Part shown: positions 61,899 through 64,000 of the stretch, piece after piece
Layout of the letters: every line of letters starts with the position of its first letter
How positions within the stretch are numbered: position 1 is the stretch's first letter
Assembly: GCA_965237525.1 (NCBI GenBank)
Contig: CBDEFO010000004.1
Coordinates: forward strand, 448,001-512,000
Length of the DNA: 64,000 nucleotides
Reading direction: 5' to 3'
DNA from: Candidatus Latescibacterota bacterium
GTDB lineage: Bacteria > Latescibacterota > CBDEFO01
Notes under the pieces: model-generated
The model's input: the letters and a program-made list of their open reading frames with translations, nothing else
The model's database searches: none
Told to the model about the DNA's origin: nothing
Made by a program: the position numbers and the translations under genes

Positions 61899-63092
61899 TC
61901 AAATTACCGCCAGAGCTTTCTTTTCGATCTCGTCCCAATTCGGTTCTTCTACAGGATGATCCCCGCAAGCGATGTACATATAGCCATTTTCAACGACCGC
62001 CGTGCCCTGGAAAGTAAGTTTTGCATCGGTCAGATCCCTTGCTGTTCCCCAGGAAGCTGCCTCGAATACTGGATCGTTTTTTGTAGCCAGGACTACATGG
62101 GGGTCTCCACCGTGCACATTGACTCCGAAGCTCTCGGCCAGATGGACCACCTTCATCATTGCTGTTATATCTTTCCCGCGCTGGCGCACGATGTCTACAG
62201 CCTGCATAGCCAAAAATCCGGATGCGTTATAGGGCTGTCCTCCGGTTACCGCGCCTGACCACTCTAAGGCTAATATCGGTAAATCCAACGTATCGCATAA
62301 CTTCTTGAGTCCCATCAAATCCCAATCTTGAAGAGGCTCCTCCATCCACGAATAGTTGAGTTTCTCCAAAGCTCGTCCAACCTTTACGGCATCGCTGTAG
62401 GTATAGTTCTCGACAGGATCGTGCATTAAGAGAAAATCATCTCCCACCGCGGCGCGAAGCTCCTGTGCCATTTCGATATTCCCATTCACACCGCGATAGG
62501 AGTGATCCTTACACCCTACAAACCCTTGCTCCTTTGCCCGCACAGCTTCTGCAATCAGATCGTCTATCGTTACACCGACGATATTCTCGTACGCTGGTAT
62601 CTTCTCTCTGTAACCTCCCAATAGCTTGTAGAGCGGCAGCTTGGCGTGTCGACTGGCAAAATCCCACAGCATAAAGTCTATCTTGTCTTCAATTCTGGGA
62701 TAGGAGAACCGTTTGGCGTACCACAATCTCTGCCAGATGTATTCCCGGTCGAAAGCGTCCACGCCTATCAACAGAGTGGCAGTGGTCGCTTTGATGTGTT
62801 TGGCCTGCCACTCCAGCTCGTCACGGTGAAAACCACTGCCGATTCCGGTGTAGGCATCCAGGTCCCCATCGGTGACCAGACGCATCATCGAGGTATATGT
62901 GGGCATTAGGGTATCGTCCCTGTACTCTATCAGTTCAGGATTATGTTCCGACTCTTGGCCACGAATGCCATACGAATGAGTAAAGAGTCCTGACAATCCA
63001 GGAGGTACCTTCTCAATAGGTCCTGAGCCTCTGACGTGCCTCCCACTCGGCTTTCCCTCGAGGATATAAAACTTTACGTCCTTGATCTGCAT
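61899..63092 (-). CDS. enolase superfamily enzyme, tandem copy 3
   Basis: MQIKDVKFY start at 63092 by alignment to copies 1 and 2. Confidence 0.88.
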   Translation of the reverse strand: MQIKDVKFYILEGKPSGRHVRGSGPIEKVPPGLSGLFTHSYGIRGQESEHNPELIEYRDDTLMPTYTSMMRLVTDGDLDAYTGIGSGFHRDELEWQAKHIKATTATLLIGVDAFDREYIWQRLWYAKRFSYPRIEDKIDFMLWDFASRHAKLPLYKLLGGYREKIPAYENIVGVTIDDLIAEAVRAKEQGFVGCKDHSYRGVNGNIEMAQELRAAVGDDFLLMHDPVENYTYSDAVKVGRALEKLNYSWMEEPLQDWDLMGLKKLCDTLDLPILALEWSGAVTGGQPYNASGFLAMQAVDIVRQRGKDITAMMKVVHLAESFGVNVHGGDPHVVLATKNDPVFEAASWGTARDLTDAKLTFQGTAVVENGYMYIACGDHPVEEPNWDEIEKKALAVI

Positions 63093-63285
63093 TGGAAGAA
63101 TCTCTCTTGTTAATGTGATTAGGGAATGTGTTTTTGTACGGACGAGGCGCCACGGTCGCTTTGTTAGGGAGGATGTAGCGGAGGCAGTAACCACGAAGCA
63201 GTCGCCACCACATTTATCCGTAGTTACAATAACTACTCATGTTAATTCTTTGATCTGCTGGTTCATTTGAAGTCTTTTCTAAACA

Positions 63286-64000
63286 TTAGATTACCGCCAA
63301 AGCTTTCTTTTCGATCTCGTCCCAATTCGGTTCCTCTACAGGATTGTCCGCCCATGCGATGTACAAATATCCGTTTTCAACGACGGGCCTGCCCCGGACA
63401 GTGAGTTTCTCATCGCTCGGAGCACCTGCTCCATGCAAGGAGGTTAGCTCGAATGTTGGATCGTTTTTTGTAGCCAGGACTACATGGGGGTTTCCGCCGT
63501 GCACATTGACTCCGAAGCTCTCGGCCAGATGGACTACCTTCATCTCTGCCGTTATACTCCACCCACGTTGACGAACGATGTCCACAGCCTGCATGGCCAA
63601 AAATGAAGATGCGCTAAACGGCTGTCCTCCGGTTACTGCTCCTGACCACTCTAAAGCTAATATCGGCAAATCCAATGTGTCGCATAACTTCTTGAGTCCC
63701 ATAAAATCCCAATCTTGAAGGGGCTCCTCCATCCAGGAATAGTTGAGTTTCTCCAAAGCTCGTCCAACCTTTACCGCATCGCTGTAGGTATAGCTCTCGA
63801 CAGGATCGTGCATTAAGAGAAAATCATCTCCCACTGCGGTGCGAAGCTCCTGTGCCATTTCGATATTTCCTTCCACACCGCGATAGGAGTGATCCTTACA
63901 CCCAACATACCCTTCTTCCTTGGCCTGCAGAGCTTCCGCGACCAGATCGTCTATCGTTACACCGACGATATTCTGGTACACTGGAATCTCCTCTCTGTAA
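63286..64000 (-). CDS. enolase superfamily enzyme, tandem copy 4 (5' part outside the window)
   Basis: Frame open to window edge (YREEIPVYQN); same C-terminus EEPNWDEIEKKALAVI. Confidence 0.85.
   Translation of the reverse strand, partial: YREEIPVYQNIVGVTIDDLVAEALQAKEEGYVGCKDHSYRGVEGNIEMAQELRTAVGDDFLLMHDPVESYTYSDAVKVGRALEKLNYSWMEEPLQDWDFMGLKKLCDTLDLPILALEWSGAVTGGQPFSASSFLAMQAVDIVRQRGWSITAEMKVVHLAESFGVNVHGGNPHVVLATKNDPTFELTSLHGAGAPSDEKLTVRGRPVVENGYLYIAWADNPVEEPNWDEIEKKALAVI

Noticed and set aside
61899..63194. 431-aa version of enolase copy 3
   Set aside because: The extension is spacer sequence; paralogs start at MQIKDVK (63092)
267..63571. Numerous antisense and alternate-frame ORFs in the track (e.g. 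3888-4598, 48821-49366, 55598-56200)
   Set aside because: They overlap well-supported genes and have no motifs or RBS
1..64000. Genome-wide reassignment of TAG to an amino acid
   Set aside because: Many conserved genes end at TAG at their expected length, and internal TAGs correspond to different residues (Trp, Gln)
59248..64000. Diversity-generating retroelement acting on the enolase copies
   Set aside because: No reverse transcriptase in the window, and the differences include indels and are not adenine-specific
1..64000. tRNA or rRNA genes
   Set aside because: No cloverleaf with T-loop/CCA or rRNA-like segment recognised by eye; tRNAscan-SE would be the definitive check

Overview
A 64-kb bacterial chromosomal window, probably from an FCB-group candidate lineage such as Latescibacterota. 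That placement is inferred from FlgD-Ig and EF-hand/dockerin-like C-terminal tails and is not proven. Core blocks are yceD-rpmF-plsX-fabH-fabD-fabG-acpP-fabF-rnc plus a lipoate ligase, a peptide ABC pair, alr, purE-tsaC, secDF, PBP1A and tyrS. Accessory content lies between them: (i) an attC-bearing GNAT gene cassette inside the rpmF-plsX operon; (ii) a four-gene secreted-protein island, broken by one frameshift and three single in-frame TAG codons; (iii) a DtxR-flanked metal-uptake locus (Rrf2-ferritin-like fusion, FTR1 remnant, porin, FMN-binding protein, PepSY-TM protein); (iv) a decayed toxin-antitoxin/GIY-YIG patchwork behind a partial tsaC duplication; (v) two near-identical 1519-bp IS1182-like elements, one beside a primase-type winged-helix gene and iteron-like repeats; (vi) a GH15 pseudogene; and (vii) a higher-GC catabolic island. 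That island opens with a promoter and a ~290-nt highly base-paired leader, and the window ends in at least four tandem enolase-superfamily paralogs. Nested short palindromic repeats fill many intergenic spaces. Point-nonsense lesions in otherwise near-intact genes are TAG at positions where Trp or Gln is expected. All calls are from reading the sequence by eye; no database searches were run.
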